64,000 nt of DNA, taken from the NCBI GenBank assembly GCA_030141605.1, contig JAQGDQ010000893.1:19247-83246 (forward strand), written 5' to 3'. The translations under genes and the position numbers were made by a program. Below the pieces are notes generated by a model. That model saw only the letters and a program-made list of their open reading frames with translations, searched no databases and was not told the origin of the DNA. Below, one piece after another: positions 12,810 to 24,599 of the stretch. Each line of letters begins with the position of its first letter. Position 1 is the first letter of the stretch. Source of the stretch: Tubiluchus corallicola (lineage: Eukaryota > Animalia > Priapulida).

Positions 12810-13992
12810 TGTTAGTCGAAATGTGAAATGACAAATTACAACCAGTGAAGAAGATTTCAAGATTCAAGATTTCAAAATTTCAAGATTTTCTTTAGCCAGC
12901 ATAATATATAACATTCGTACAAATACAGACTTGTGTATTTCTGTCAAAAAAATTAAGACTGTAGCTTAATTTCAGTTACGTATATTGATGTTGTGTGGTT
13001 GAGGTGAACTGAGGTAATACCACCGAGTAAGTCAAAGGCCTTCTCGAGAAGAAACGGGTGAAGAGAAAGAGAAGAGTTGATGAACGAAAGGCAAGAATGG
13101 CACGGAGAACAACAGAGAATTAATTATGTTCCCTAAAAATCTTCCCAAGATCCCTCATATTTATTCTAAAACTTCAGAGATCACTGATTGTACTGTTCAG
13201 AGATGTTCTGTACTTTAGCTACGCTGCACAAAAGCATTAATTGTTATTGTTTTGGTTGATATTGAAGTGCAAGTATAATTGTAAGCATTAATGTAAGTAA
13301 AATTGTAAATAACGTTGTATGTGTAAATGAATTTACTTATTCGCGTTATTTGTTTCGAATTGTTTGTTTCATCCTGCCAACTCAGTTGACGTACGAATAT
13401 TCCTGAGTGGGGTCCAATTAGACCAGAATTTGAAATTTTGTCAGTGAACGAAAAATTGCTGTAACTGTTAATGGGATGTGGAATGTAGAATTTGTGGAAA
13501 TTAAAAGTCATCTATTATATGTTATAGAGTTAATGTCTGCTGAATGCAAATCAAACTGATTGAATATCATCAGTATTATATGCCCATCACGTTCATCGTA
13601 AAGAATTTTAAGACAAAAGAAATCTGCACACAAGGCAAGAAACTATTACAGTGGCTTGTCAGAACTACTAGCGAGCATTAATTCATATGATTCAAACGTA
13701 ACACTAAATTATAAAAAAATGATGTACACTCTGTATATGTATATATACAATACGTAGATTGGTTATAGCACTAAAAAGTAACATCAATTTTCACATTTAT
13801 GATCCAATGATTAGGACATGATACATGTCGGCAGGTGCATGTCTGAGTTTTCAAAGTCAGACATTTCCACATCATCTACAATAGATCACTACGTGGGCCT
13901 CTACCGCAAACAATCTACCCACTTACGATTGAACAACGTCACCGTATTAGTTGCTTATTGTGGTGCAGCAGCCTAAAATCTACAATACAATC

Positions 13993-14548
13993 ATGCATGT
14001 AGACGGAATACGCGGAAAGGCGGCTTTTATTGGCATATTTGTGTGCACTTCTTTGCTTATTTTAACAGTCTATCATATCACTAACACGAAATATTATGTA
14101 AAAGTGACCAATCCGTTAGAAACTTTTAATAAAAAGAAAATTGTGCTGTTTGTAGGGGTAATGAGCGCGTTGGTTCGTGGGGTAAGACGAGATGCAATCC
14201 GCTCCACCTGGATGGAGTGGTGCGAGAGTTTTGATGACGTCATGTGTCTTTTCTTCGTCGATGTGCAGGATCGGTTTGGCGAAAGACTTAACGATGCGCT
14301 GATTGGTCCTTTATATGACGAAGCTGCACTTCATAGTGATATTGTAATGGCACAGACACCTAGCGGAATGAATTTTGGTAGAAGACTAACATGGATGATG
14401 AAATGGGCTTCTGAAAGATATGATTTCAAGTCTTTTCTGCGACTGGATGATGATACGTTTCTTTGCTTGAAGAAATTAAGAAATGAATTAAAGGATTTAA
14501 GAATTAATAGGATAAACTGGGGATGGAGAAATTGTCCAGAAAATGAGA
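13993..14548 (+). CDS. GT31 galactosyltransferase (B3GALT6-like invertebrate expansion), exon 1
   Basis: TM AAFIGIFVCTSLLILTVY; LFVGVMSA..RRDAIRSTW; FLRLDDDTFLC (DxD). Donor gtgagt at 14549, phase 1. Confidence 0.85.
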
Positions 14549-14799
14549 GTGAGTTATATAAGGCAATTTTTGAAGCATTTTTATGCAATGAAACCAATTT
14601 GTTCCAGCAAAATGTGTGAAATTGTCTTGCATTTTTATAACTTAGTTAGTCAGGCAATAACCCTGTTGATTTTGCACGTAAAAGGTGCATTTCAGTAAAA
14701 GACAATGAGAAATTACCATTTAAAATCATCAATAAAACTAAATAAGATAACTAATTATTAATGAAAAGATGAATGCATGAAATTTAATTTAATTTCATT

Positions 14800-15105
14800 A
14801 AATGATTTATTATTGATTTGATTCGATTCGATTCGATTCGATTCGATTCGATGCGATTCAATTCAATTTAACTCAACTTAACTCAACTCATCTCAACTCA
14901 ACTCGAACATAAAACTTGAAACTTGAAACTTGAAACTTGAAACTTTACACTTTCCACTTTACACTTTACACTTTACACTTTACACTTTACACTTTACACT
15001 TAACTTAACTTAACTTAACTTAACTTAACTTAACTTAACTTAACTTAACTTAACTTAACTTAACTTATATTTAAGTTAGTAACTTATAAGTTATGTTAAG
15101 TTAAT
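14800..15105. repeat. Compound microsatellite (attcg, aactc, aaacttg, acacttt, taact); similar tract resumes at 15786-15950
   Basis: Directly visible inside the GT31 intron. Confidence 0.9.
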
Positions 15106-15108
15106 TTA

Positions 15109-15783
15109 CCGTATTTATTCGAGTATAACGCGCAAACTTTTCTACCTAAAAAGAACTCAAAGTTTGGGTGCGCGTTATAAACGAGGGCTGGGGTGACACG
15201 CTTAGATGTATCAATACATTATTTGTGCAATGACTCATTAGTAGCAGACTTTGTCAGACCGTGCCATTTCCAAGAATTCTTATTATCCGCTGTGATGTAT
15301 GATAGTTGATAATTTCCTCGCCTCGCCCACACTGCAACGTGAGTTAAGCATTGCTTGTTTTGCACAATTACCAATTTCCAGAGTTATAAAGTTTCAATTC
15401 AGTGTTCTTTACATTTTTATTTACCCGGTAGATGGCAACTCTGGGTATCAAGAGAAAACGTTCTGCATTCCTGCCAACTGGGACACTGATGATAAATTGA
15501 CTCAAGAAGAATGGGAACAACTCTTTGGTGTATCTGATGATGAATCGGACTTTGAATGATTTTAAATAAATATTGTTAATTTTATTTCGGTATTGTGTTC
15601 ATAGTTTACTTTAAGTTGTCAAAAAGTGATTGCTATCATGGCCGCACGTGTTCAACAACGTTTGTCACTTACAATGCTTGGCCTGAGCCGAGAAAAAGTG
15701 AAACAAAATTTTATACCGATTTTTAATCGAAAATTCGGGGTGCGGGTTATACACGTGTGCACGTTATACTCGAATAAACACAG
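15109..15783 (+). mobile_element. Non-autonomous pogo/Tigger-like (Tc1/mariner) element with TA TSD
   Basis: TIRs ccgtatttattcgagtataacgcgca / tgcacgttatactcgaataaacacag, each flanked by TA. Internal acidic tail EEWEQLFGVSDDESDFE is typical of pogo transposase C-termini. Confidence 0.8.
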
Positions 15784-16538
15784 TAATTTAATTTAATTTG
15801 TTTTGATTCGATTCGACTCAATTCAATTCAAGTCAAGTCAATTTAATTTACAATAGTCTAATCTAATCAAACCCAATCTAACCTAATCTAATCTAATCTA
15901 ATTTAATCTAGTCTAGTCTAACCTAATCTAACCTAACTTAGCTCTAACTCATGTAAATAAATCTGCAATTTAAAAAGATAAAAAAATTAAAGATATAAAG
16001 ACAAAACAAGAAAAAGATCTGAAAACGTCCAAGGACAAAAATCGCCGGACTATAGGGACTTTCAAATAGTATAATTATTCCCTCAAGCAAGATTTACTAT
16101 AAAAGTAAAAAAAACTTCAAATTATTTTAACTCACCTGCTGCCACCTAAGGATTGCAAAAAAGTTGTTGTCATGGTTCTTCCACCAGCTATGAAGAACGC
16201 GGGCCTCGTGCATAGAATATTGCTTATTAAATTCTAAGTTCTTCTGTCTAAATTTATGGAAGCTGTGATGGGAAACTGGAGATTAACTTGGGTTCTCCAT
16301 TAATATTCAGTGATACAGTATTATATTACACCATGGAAATTTCTGTGTTATTTAAATTGCATATTACTTAAACATTTTGCTAATGTACTATCTATGGAAA
16401 ATCTATGTATTGGATTTTGTGAAACTGTCTGATTCAAGCCAAAAAACTATACTAAAAATACAAATAAACTAAAGACTAATCAAGAAAATTTGAAAATCAA
16501 TGTTAACTATTTGTTCTCAAATAAATTTTCTTTTTAAG

Positions 16539-16867
16539 GACTGAGACAAATGGATGAATTCTTTCTACTTCATTCAATCGACCTCGTCAAAGAAATCCTG
16601 TCAGATATTGATGCTGGCAGGTTACTTTGTGGCAGGTTTGGTGCCCATTCAACTGAAATGTGGCTGGACAAAATGGACAACGTTACTTATTTTGATGACA
16701 ACGAAAGACTCCTGATGAGTTTTACGAGTGACACAGTGAAACATCGAAACGCTACAATGTGTGATCGTATTATTGTAGTTCATCAAGTCTTCCCACCTCC
16801 CTCAGTACCCAGCAGACCAGCTGTAATAAACATGGCGGTGACGCTCTCGTTGCACATGCACGGCTGA
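16539..16867 (+). CDS. GT31 galactosyltransferase exon 2; C-terminus replaced by 83-bp satellite sequence
   Basis: Acceptor ttttctttttaag ends at 16538. The phase-1 join gives ...CPENE-R-LRQMDEFFLL...CDRIIVVHQVFP, then satellite-derived residues to TGA at 16865-16867. Confidence 0.75.
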
Positions 16868-17940
16868 GAGTCTTCCCACCTCCCTCAGTACCCAGCAGAC
16901 CAGCTGTAATAAACATGGTGGTGACGCCCTCGATGCACATGCACGGCTGAGAGTCTTCCCACCTCCCTCAGTACCCAGCAGACCAGCTGTAATAAACATG
17001 GCGGTGACGCTCTCGTTGCACATGCACGGCTGAGAGTCTTCCCACCTCCCTCAGTACCCAGCAGACCAGCTGTAATAAACATGGTGGTGACGCCCTCGAT
17101 GCACATGCACGGCTGAGAGTCTTCCCACCTCCCTCAGTACCCAGCAGACCAGCTGTAATAAACATGGCGGTGACGCTCTCGTTGCACATGCACGGCTGAG
17201 AGTCTTCCCACCTCCCTCAGTACCCAGCAGACCAGCTGTAATAAACATGGTGGTGACGCCCTCGATGCACATGCACGGCTGAGAGTCTTCCCACCTCCCT
17301 CAGTACCCAGCAGACCAGCTGTAATAAACATGGCGGTGACGCTCTCGTTGCACATGCACGGCTGAGAGTCTTCCCACCTCCCTCAGTACCCAGCAGACCA
17401 GCTGTAATAAACATGGTGATGACGCTCTCATTGCACATGCACGGCTGAGAGTCTTCCCACCTCCCTCAGTACCCAGCAGACCAGCTGTAATAAACATGGC
17501 GGTGATGCTCTCGTTGCACATGCACGGCTGAGAGTCTTCCCACCTCCCTCAGTACCCAGCAGACCAGCTGTAATAAACATGGCAGTGACGCTCTCGTTGC
17601 ACATGCACGGCTGAGAGTCTTCCCACCTCCCTCAGTACCAAGCAGACCAGCTGTAATAAACATGGCGGCGACGCTCTCGTTGCACATGCACGGCTGAGAG
17701 TCTTCCCACCTCCCTCAGTACCCAGCAGACCAGCTGTAATAAACATGGTGGTGACGCTCTCATTGCACATGCACGGCTGAGAGTCTTCCCACCTCCCTCA
17801 GTACCAAGCAGACCAGCTGTAATAAACATGGCGGTGATGCTCTCATTGCATAATATGCATGGCTGAGAGTCTTCCCACCTCCCTCAGTACCCAGCAGGCC
17901 AGCTGTAATAAACATGGCGGTGATGCTCCCATTGCACATG
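16786..17940. repeat. 83-bp minisatellite, ~14 copies
   Basis: Unit agtcttcccacctccctcagtacccagcagaccagctgtaataaacatggcggtgacgctctcgttgcacatgcacggctgag; ORFs step by 83. Confidence 0.97.
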
Positions 17941-18190
17941 TGATAATGATAGTGGCAATAACAATGTCATCAACTGAAATAATGATGGTCGCAATAACAA
18001 TGTCATCAACTGAAATAATGATGGTCGCAATAACAATGTCAGCACCTGAAATAATGATAGTGTCAATAACAATTTCAGGAACTGTGACAATGATAGTGGC
18101 AATAAACAATGTCAGCAACTGTGATAATTATAGTGGCAATAACAATGTCAACAACTTAAACAATGATAGTGGCAGTAACAATGTGCCACT
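17941..18190. repeat. Degenerate 36-bp tandem repeat abutting the 83-bp array
   Basis: aataatgatagtggcaataacaatgtcatcaactga, about 7 diverged copies. Confidence 0.8.
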
Positions 18191-18739
18191 GATGTTCACA
18201 AATTCTACCTTCTGATATTTATAATATCAATGTACTAATTACTATTACAATGTATACTTATAATAATGTAAATACTTGTCTATTTCACCTGTGCAAAATC
18301 TATAAATGTAAGGGCCGCATTCTGTTTTCTTAAGTTCAGAGGTTGCTGGAGTTTGAGCACCAGATGGGACTTGTGTCCCCACTGTTTCGGTGCCAGTGTG
18401 AGGGTGTGACGAACCCTATTTGTAGATTCTCTTTTTCTGTCTTTTATGTTTAGCCAACTATTTGTTCCTTTCCGTAACAAAGATTCTTTCAAACATCAAC
18501 ATTTTAATTTTACAAAATTACCAAGTTAGTCAGGATTTTGGACGGATCTTATGCTGATTTTTCAAAGCTGGTCAATGTCTCCCAGTCGTTTGGTTCTCTA
18601 ATCTCGTTTCCGGTATTCAAACCGCCATCCATCGCCCTCCGATACCTCTGGTTCGAACTGTCTGAGGTAGTTACCATTCCCTGGCGGCAGGGACCTGACT
18701 GGAGAACGATATAGAACTGCAAAACTTTTTTGACCCAGC

Positions 18740-20710
18740 AGTTAGCCTTTAATACCTAGTTTGTACCTGACCTTTTATTAGTGACTTTTAAATTTTCTTT
18801 ACTCAATTCTGTTTCCTGTATAATTAGTTTACTTCACCTTCGCTCACAAAGCTGGAATGATTTTAAAGAAATCTTTCAATAGAACAAAACCCCCAGCTTG
18901 CCACCCACTTGAGACATGCTCTCTGCGCATTGAAGAGGAGGTTGGGGATTTTTAAATGTGTTTAGCCGAGACGCGGTTCACGCCCTGCGCACAGAGAGCG
19001 ATTTTAATCTTCAATAATCTCCCCAGGAATTCGGTAATAATGGAAAAAGCGCAGAAAATAATGACCCCCGCTTTTGACCACTTGTGACATGCTCTCTACA
19101 CACGAAGAGGAGGTTAGTTGAAATGTGTTGAGCCGAGACGCGATTCACGCCCTGCGCACAGAGAGGGATTTTAATCTTCAATAATCTCCTCAGGAATTCG
19201 GTAATGATGGAAAAAGCGCAGAAAATAATGACCCCTGCTTTGGACCACTTGATCACAGACAAGCTCTCTGAACACACAAAAAAGCAGCTTAATTATAAAT
19301 CATGCAAAGTATTTACCTGAGCGGCAGGTTGTATCCTCGCAAAAAGAAAGATTTTAATCTTCAACAATTTTCAAAAAAGCGCCGATAATGACCACCGCTT
19401 TTGACCACTTGATACATGCTTTCTGCACACAACAGAGCAGCTTAATAAAAAATCTTGTGTTTTGCGCCCTCCCACTATAGGTAGTTTGCGCCCTCCCCCT
19501 AAAAAATATGATAATCTGGTTGCATCAATCAAGCAAATAAGCTTGATAATAGCATTCTTAATAACATTCTTTTTTTGAACTGGTACAACAGATTCCACTG
19601 CATTATTAGCAAAGGTTAATGGCCAGCCCTGAATATGATTAACTTTCCAAAATAAACACTGAGGTTCCCACTTTAACAACTTTTAACAGAAATAGCATCT
19701 TGGCATTTTGTTCGTGGACACGAGATTAATGTTTTGTCTAAGAAAAATATTCTTCCCACTGATTTATACTCTTTTCTTTGCCAAATTCTCTGCATTAAGT
19801 AAGCGTTAAGTCATCGTTAAGTGTTAACTGAACTTCATTTAACTTTAGACATGAGTCAAACTTTCTCAAATTGTTTTCCTACTTTTTGTTTCTGGCGCAT
19901 TTGATTTTAATTAACAACAATTCATTCAGTGCTGTGACTAAAATACATAAATGTTAAATTGTCGTTATAATTAGTCTGTGCTTTAAATGAACAAGTTAAC
20001 AGACTACATTGCTAGGCCTCTCCATCACAGTAGAATCCCAACGCGCCAGGTCTTCTGTATGTCGTTTTACAGTTGCTATAATAATTTTATCCTATTTTGT
20101 AGTAAGCTAAATAGATTGACTGACGCTTGCATTGTGTTTAATCTTAACATCAGTAATGCTCAGGAATCTCTGCGTTAATAAAATTAGTCGCAAACCTAAC
20201 AGCAAGAATTCTGTCAGCAACAAAACTGGCAAATTGTCTCAGCGAAAATTTTCCCGCGCACTAAAGCTTTTGCATGGAGCACTCAGTATCAGACAATGTA
20301 ATGGTTAATGGGTTGATACCAGGTGGCATGTGACAAAATCATTGTTTTTATTGTTTTGATCTGTTTAGCACAGTTATCTGAGTCCAGGACTAGTTAATCG
20401 AACACAGAAAGTTAAGCATGATTTCAGCTGAATAAAATTCTGTGGGTGACAAAGTTTGCAAAATGGCATTTATCGAGGCTGCAGACTGTAGACCGGTCTG
20501 TGAGGTGAAAAAAGATGACTGGCTGGATACAGCTACTAAACTTTTAGGAATGATTCTTTAGGTCATTCTAACAGCGTTTTGTTCATTTTTATAAAATTTT
20601 AAATTTTGGCCCGCTGTTCCGTGACACTAAATATCACGAAATGGTGCTTATGAGAATGCACTTTGGAGGCTTATAACTCCAAAACGCTTACAGATTAACA
20701 CTTGGCTACT
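18740..20710 (-). repeat. Long modular dispersed repeat, copy A
   Basis: 18740-19290 is the reverse complement of ~62080-62560 (spurious ORFs 19011..19277 and 62039..62446 are near-identical). 19640-20710 is the reverse complement of ~59860-61030. Confidence 0.85.
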
Positions 20711-21451
20711 ATTAGCAAAGACAATTAAGAACCAATACGCAGACATTCATTTGGTAGTACGATCACAGTCTGGTCGTGTGTCTCATCAATGACGATACGG
20801 GGTTATGACATCACCAGCACGCTGTCCCAAATATCATAGGTGCTTTACTCCGAGAAACTAATGGCCGTTTATCCTTTAATAATCATAAAATACATCAACT
20901 GACGATAAAAAATGAGAAATTGATGTGCAGCTTTTTTGTCCAGGCGCTAGTGACCGTCTATCTAACGAATGACGAAATGCATGTAACAGCGAAGAACTCG
21001 TAGCGCGAACGTGAAATTACGTTTGTGTGGTAATAATTCTTTCACGTGAGTCATTTTTGAAAAAAAATAGTATGTTTTTTTTAATATTTTAAAAAGTAGA
21101 TTATTTTGACCTGCAGTTTAAGATTGGGACCGGTTTTGCTTTAAACTACGTAACGATTTGCAGAAGTCTTTCACTCATTGTATGAAATTTGATTTTCGTT
21201 TAACTACCATTCTATGTTTAACTACGTTTTAACATGATTATTGTAAGTTATATGTTGATTTTTTTTCTCTATTATTTGTATAAATGATGTTTTTATTTGC
21301 TTTTTAAAAGCTGAGGACTTGTGTGCAATTGCATTTAAATATTGAACTTCTACACAGTTAATTTCATGGTTAGCTTTAAATTCCGGTTGTATCATGCCAT
21401 GCATTGTATCATTGTTGCAGTGATTTTTGCATTTTGCTGTTTACTTAAAAA

Positions 21452-22952
21452 ACAATGTGCAGCCTATACTAATATTCAATGCAAAGATCACGCCGAACAA
21501 TGTATAGTCAATACTCATTCTCAATGCAAAGATCACGCTAAACAATGTATAGTCAATACTCATTCTCAATGCAAAGATCACGCTTAACAATGTATAGTCA
21601 ATACTCATTCTCAATGAATAGATCACGCTGAACAATGTATAGTCAATACTCATTCTCAATGCAAAGATCACGCTGAACAATGTATAGTCAATACTCATTC
21701 TCAATGAAAAGATCACGCTGAACAATGTATAGTCAATACTCATTCTCAATGCAAAGATCACGCTGAACAATGTATAGTCAATACTCATTCTCAATGCAAA
21801 GATCACGCTGAACAATGTATAATCAATACTCATTCTCATTGCAAAGGTCACGCCGAGCAATGTATAGTCAATACACATTCTCAATGCAAAGATCATGCCG
21901 AAAAATGTATAGTCAATACTCATTCACAATGCGAAGATCACGCTGAACAATGTATAGTCAATACTTATTCACAATGCAAAGATCACGCCGAACAATGTAT
22001 AGTCAATACTCATTCTCAATGAATAGATCACGCTGAACAATGTATAGTCAATACTCATTCTCAATGCAAAGATCACGCTGAACAATGTATAGTCAATACT
22101 CATTCTCAATGAAAAGATCACGCTGAACAATGTATAGTCAATACTCATTCTCAATGCAAAGATCATGCTGAACAATGTATAGTCTATACTCATTCTCTAT
22201 GCAAAGATCACGCTGAACAATGTATAATCAATACTCATTCTCTATGCAAAGATCACGCTGAACAATGTATAGTCAATACTCATTCTCAATGCAAAGATCA
22301 CGCTGAACAATGTATAGTCAATACTTATTCACAATGCAAAGATCACGCTGAACAATGTATAGTCAATACTCATTCTCAATGCAAAGATCACGCTGAACAA
22401 TGTATAGTCAATACTCATTCTCTATGCAAAGATCACGCTGAACAATGTATAGTCAATACTCATTCTCAATGCAAAGATCACGCTGAACAATGTATAGTCA
22501 ATACTTATTCACAATGCAAAGATCACGCTGAACAATGTGTAGTCAACACTCATTCTCAATGCAAAGATCACGCTGAACAATGTATAGTCAATACTTATTC
22601 TCATTGCAAAGGTCACGCCGAGCAATGTATAGTCAATACTCATTCTCAATGCAAACAACATGCCGAACAATGTATAGTCAATACTCATTCTCAATGCAAA
22701 GATCACGCTGAACAATGTATAATCAATACTCATTCTCTATGCAAAAATTACGCTGAACAATGTATAGTCTATACTCATTCTCTATGCAAAGATCACGCTG
22801 AACAATGTATAGTCAATACTTATTCTCAATGCAAAGATCACGCTGAACAATGTATAATCAATACTCATTCTCAATGCAAAGATCACGCTGAACAATGTAT
22901 AGTCAATACTCATTCTCAATGCAAAGATCACGCTGAACAATGTATAGTCAAT
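21452..22952. repeat. 45-bp minisatellite, ~33 copies
   Basis: Unit aacaatgtatagtcaatactcattctcaatgcaaagatcacgctg. Confidence 0.97.
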
Positions 22953-24029
22953 TGCTGATTTAGTGCTTACTCCAAAGCGTACATTTTATCATTTTATTTT
23001 TATTATTTATTTATTATTGTATAGAATTTTTATAGTATTATATTGTATTATAGTATTCATTGTATAGAATTGACTAGAAATAGATTTTTCCAAAACAGAG
23101 AAAGAAAAATCTGATGTATTTTCTGTTTCCATTACTTTTTTGTATGTCAGGTGGCATAGCCATTAAACCGGCTTATTGTGCCAAGGTATTTTACTAAAGC
23201 GAACACAGAACTAGCTGTTGAAATTTAAGAAAGTTGCTCTGATAATGTTGTACTAAATGTCGCAAATATCATACTACATAACACATTATTTATTAAAGTG
23301 CAAGATAACAAAAAATGAAATAGCACAAAAAGAGCATAAAATAGCTTATGTGTAACAGGTATGTCTTCACTAGCCAAAAGCAGATTCATTGACTGCAATT
23401 TATTTAAACCACAGATGAACATCATAGAATATTTTATTAATTCATATATCTTATATATTATATCTTGTAATATCTTCTTGCGCCTATGTGGGATATATTC
23501 AAGTTCTATTAACTGTACACAAAAAATTATTTTTAGTGATAATTTACCCCTACTATTTACCCCTACCAGAAGCCCCAATATGCGGTTAATTGACCACTCA
23601 TGAATAAAGCGGAATTTAATTTCTCAGCACCACAAACCAAACAAACAAAAAGTTTACATAATTTGTAATTAAGCAAATAGGTACGTTTATTACATGGAAA
23701 CGTCAGAACAAAATTACTGTACTCCAGTAAGATGGCAACGTAGTGACTCTCGTTACGTAATCACTACTTAATACTTTTCAGTATGTAATAAAGATTTCAC
23801 ATAACAAATTGTTAAATCAAATCTAAGATATCGTGATAGTAAAACAATATTGGTTGAACAAACACACACATTTGCAAACTTAAAACAATGAAAGAACTGA
23901 ATAACTGAATGAAACACATTTTCTGTAGGGTTTCATAATGTTTCTGATTTCAACGTCCATTAACGTTGTTTAACATTTTGTTTCCTCTACTGCAATTCTC
24001 GAAATTCGTTTAGCGGCAGCGATGGTGGC

Positions 24030-24308
24030 AGCTCTTTTCGATGTGGGTCGATTACCTGGTTGAGTGGAATCAGCTCTGGTCGATGAGGGTCGAATACCTG
24101 GTTGAGTGGAGACAGCTCTGGTCGATGAGGGTCGAATACCTGGTTGAGTGGAGTCAGCTCTGGTCGATGTGTGTCGAATACCTGGTTGAGTGGAGACAGC
24201 TCTGGTCGATGTGTGTCGAATACCTGGTTGAGTGGAATCAGCTCTGGTCGATGTGTGTCGAATACCTGGTTGAGTGGAATCAGCTCTGGTCGATGAGGAT
24301 AGCTCTGT
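24030..24308. repeat. 42-bp minisatellite, ~6.5 copies
   Basis: Unit gtcgatgtgtgtcgaatacctggttgagtggaatcagctctg. Confidence 0.95.
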
Positions 24309-24599
24309 GATAGGCCCAATTTCAGTTAGTTAGTATAGTTAGTTATAGTACTTCAGCAAACAAAACATAGATGTATAACACATAGATGTGTTCTGCACAA
24401 TTCTGTAAAGCTTTGGATCAGATACGTAGAAAGAAAATCATATTTAGACATAGAAATTTGCGAACTAAAAATTCTTTATTGTGTACAGAAAAAAGTCGTA
24501 CCGTAAACCTTAAGCTAAACCTAAACATATGTTTCTCTAGAAAGTCACCTAGTTAGAGGCCTGAACTGTATTGAAGCCCATATGAATAAACCGGAATTT

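Noticed and set aside
19011-19277. ORF apparently conserved with 62039..62446
   Set aside because: The similarity is nucleotide-level within the non-coding modular repeat, and the frames are not maintained in other copies.
23225-23603. Hydrophobic ORFs that might be another membrane enzyme
   Set aside because: No recognisable motif; consistent with chance ORFs in AT-rich DNA.
24041-24310. VEYLVEW repeat resembling the chromodomain motif EYLVKW
   Set aside because: The match is only about six residues within a 14-aa repeat, and no further chromodomain sequence flanks it.
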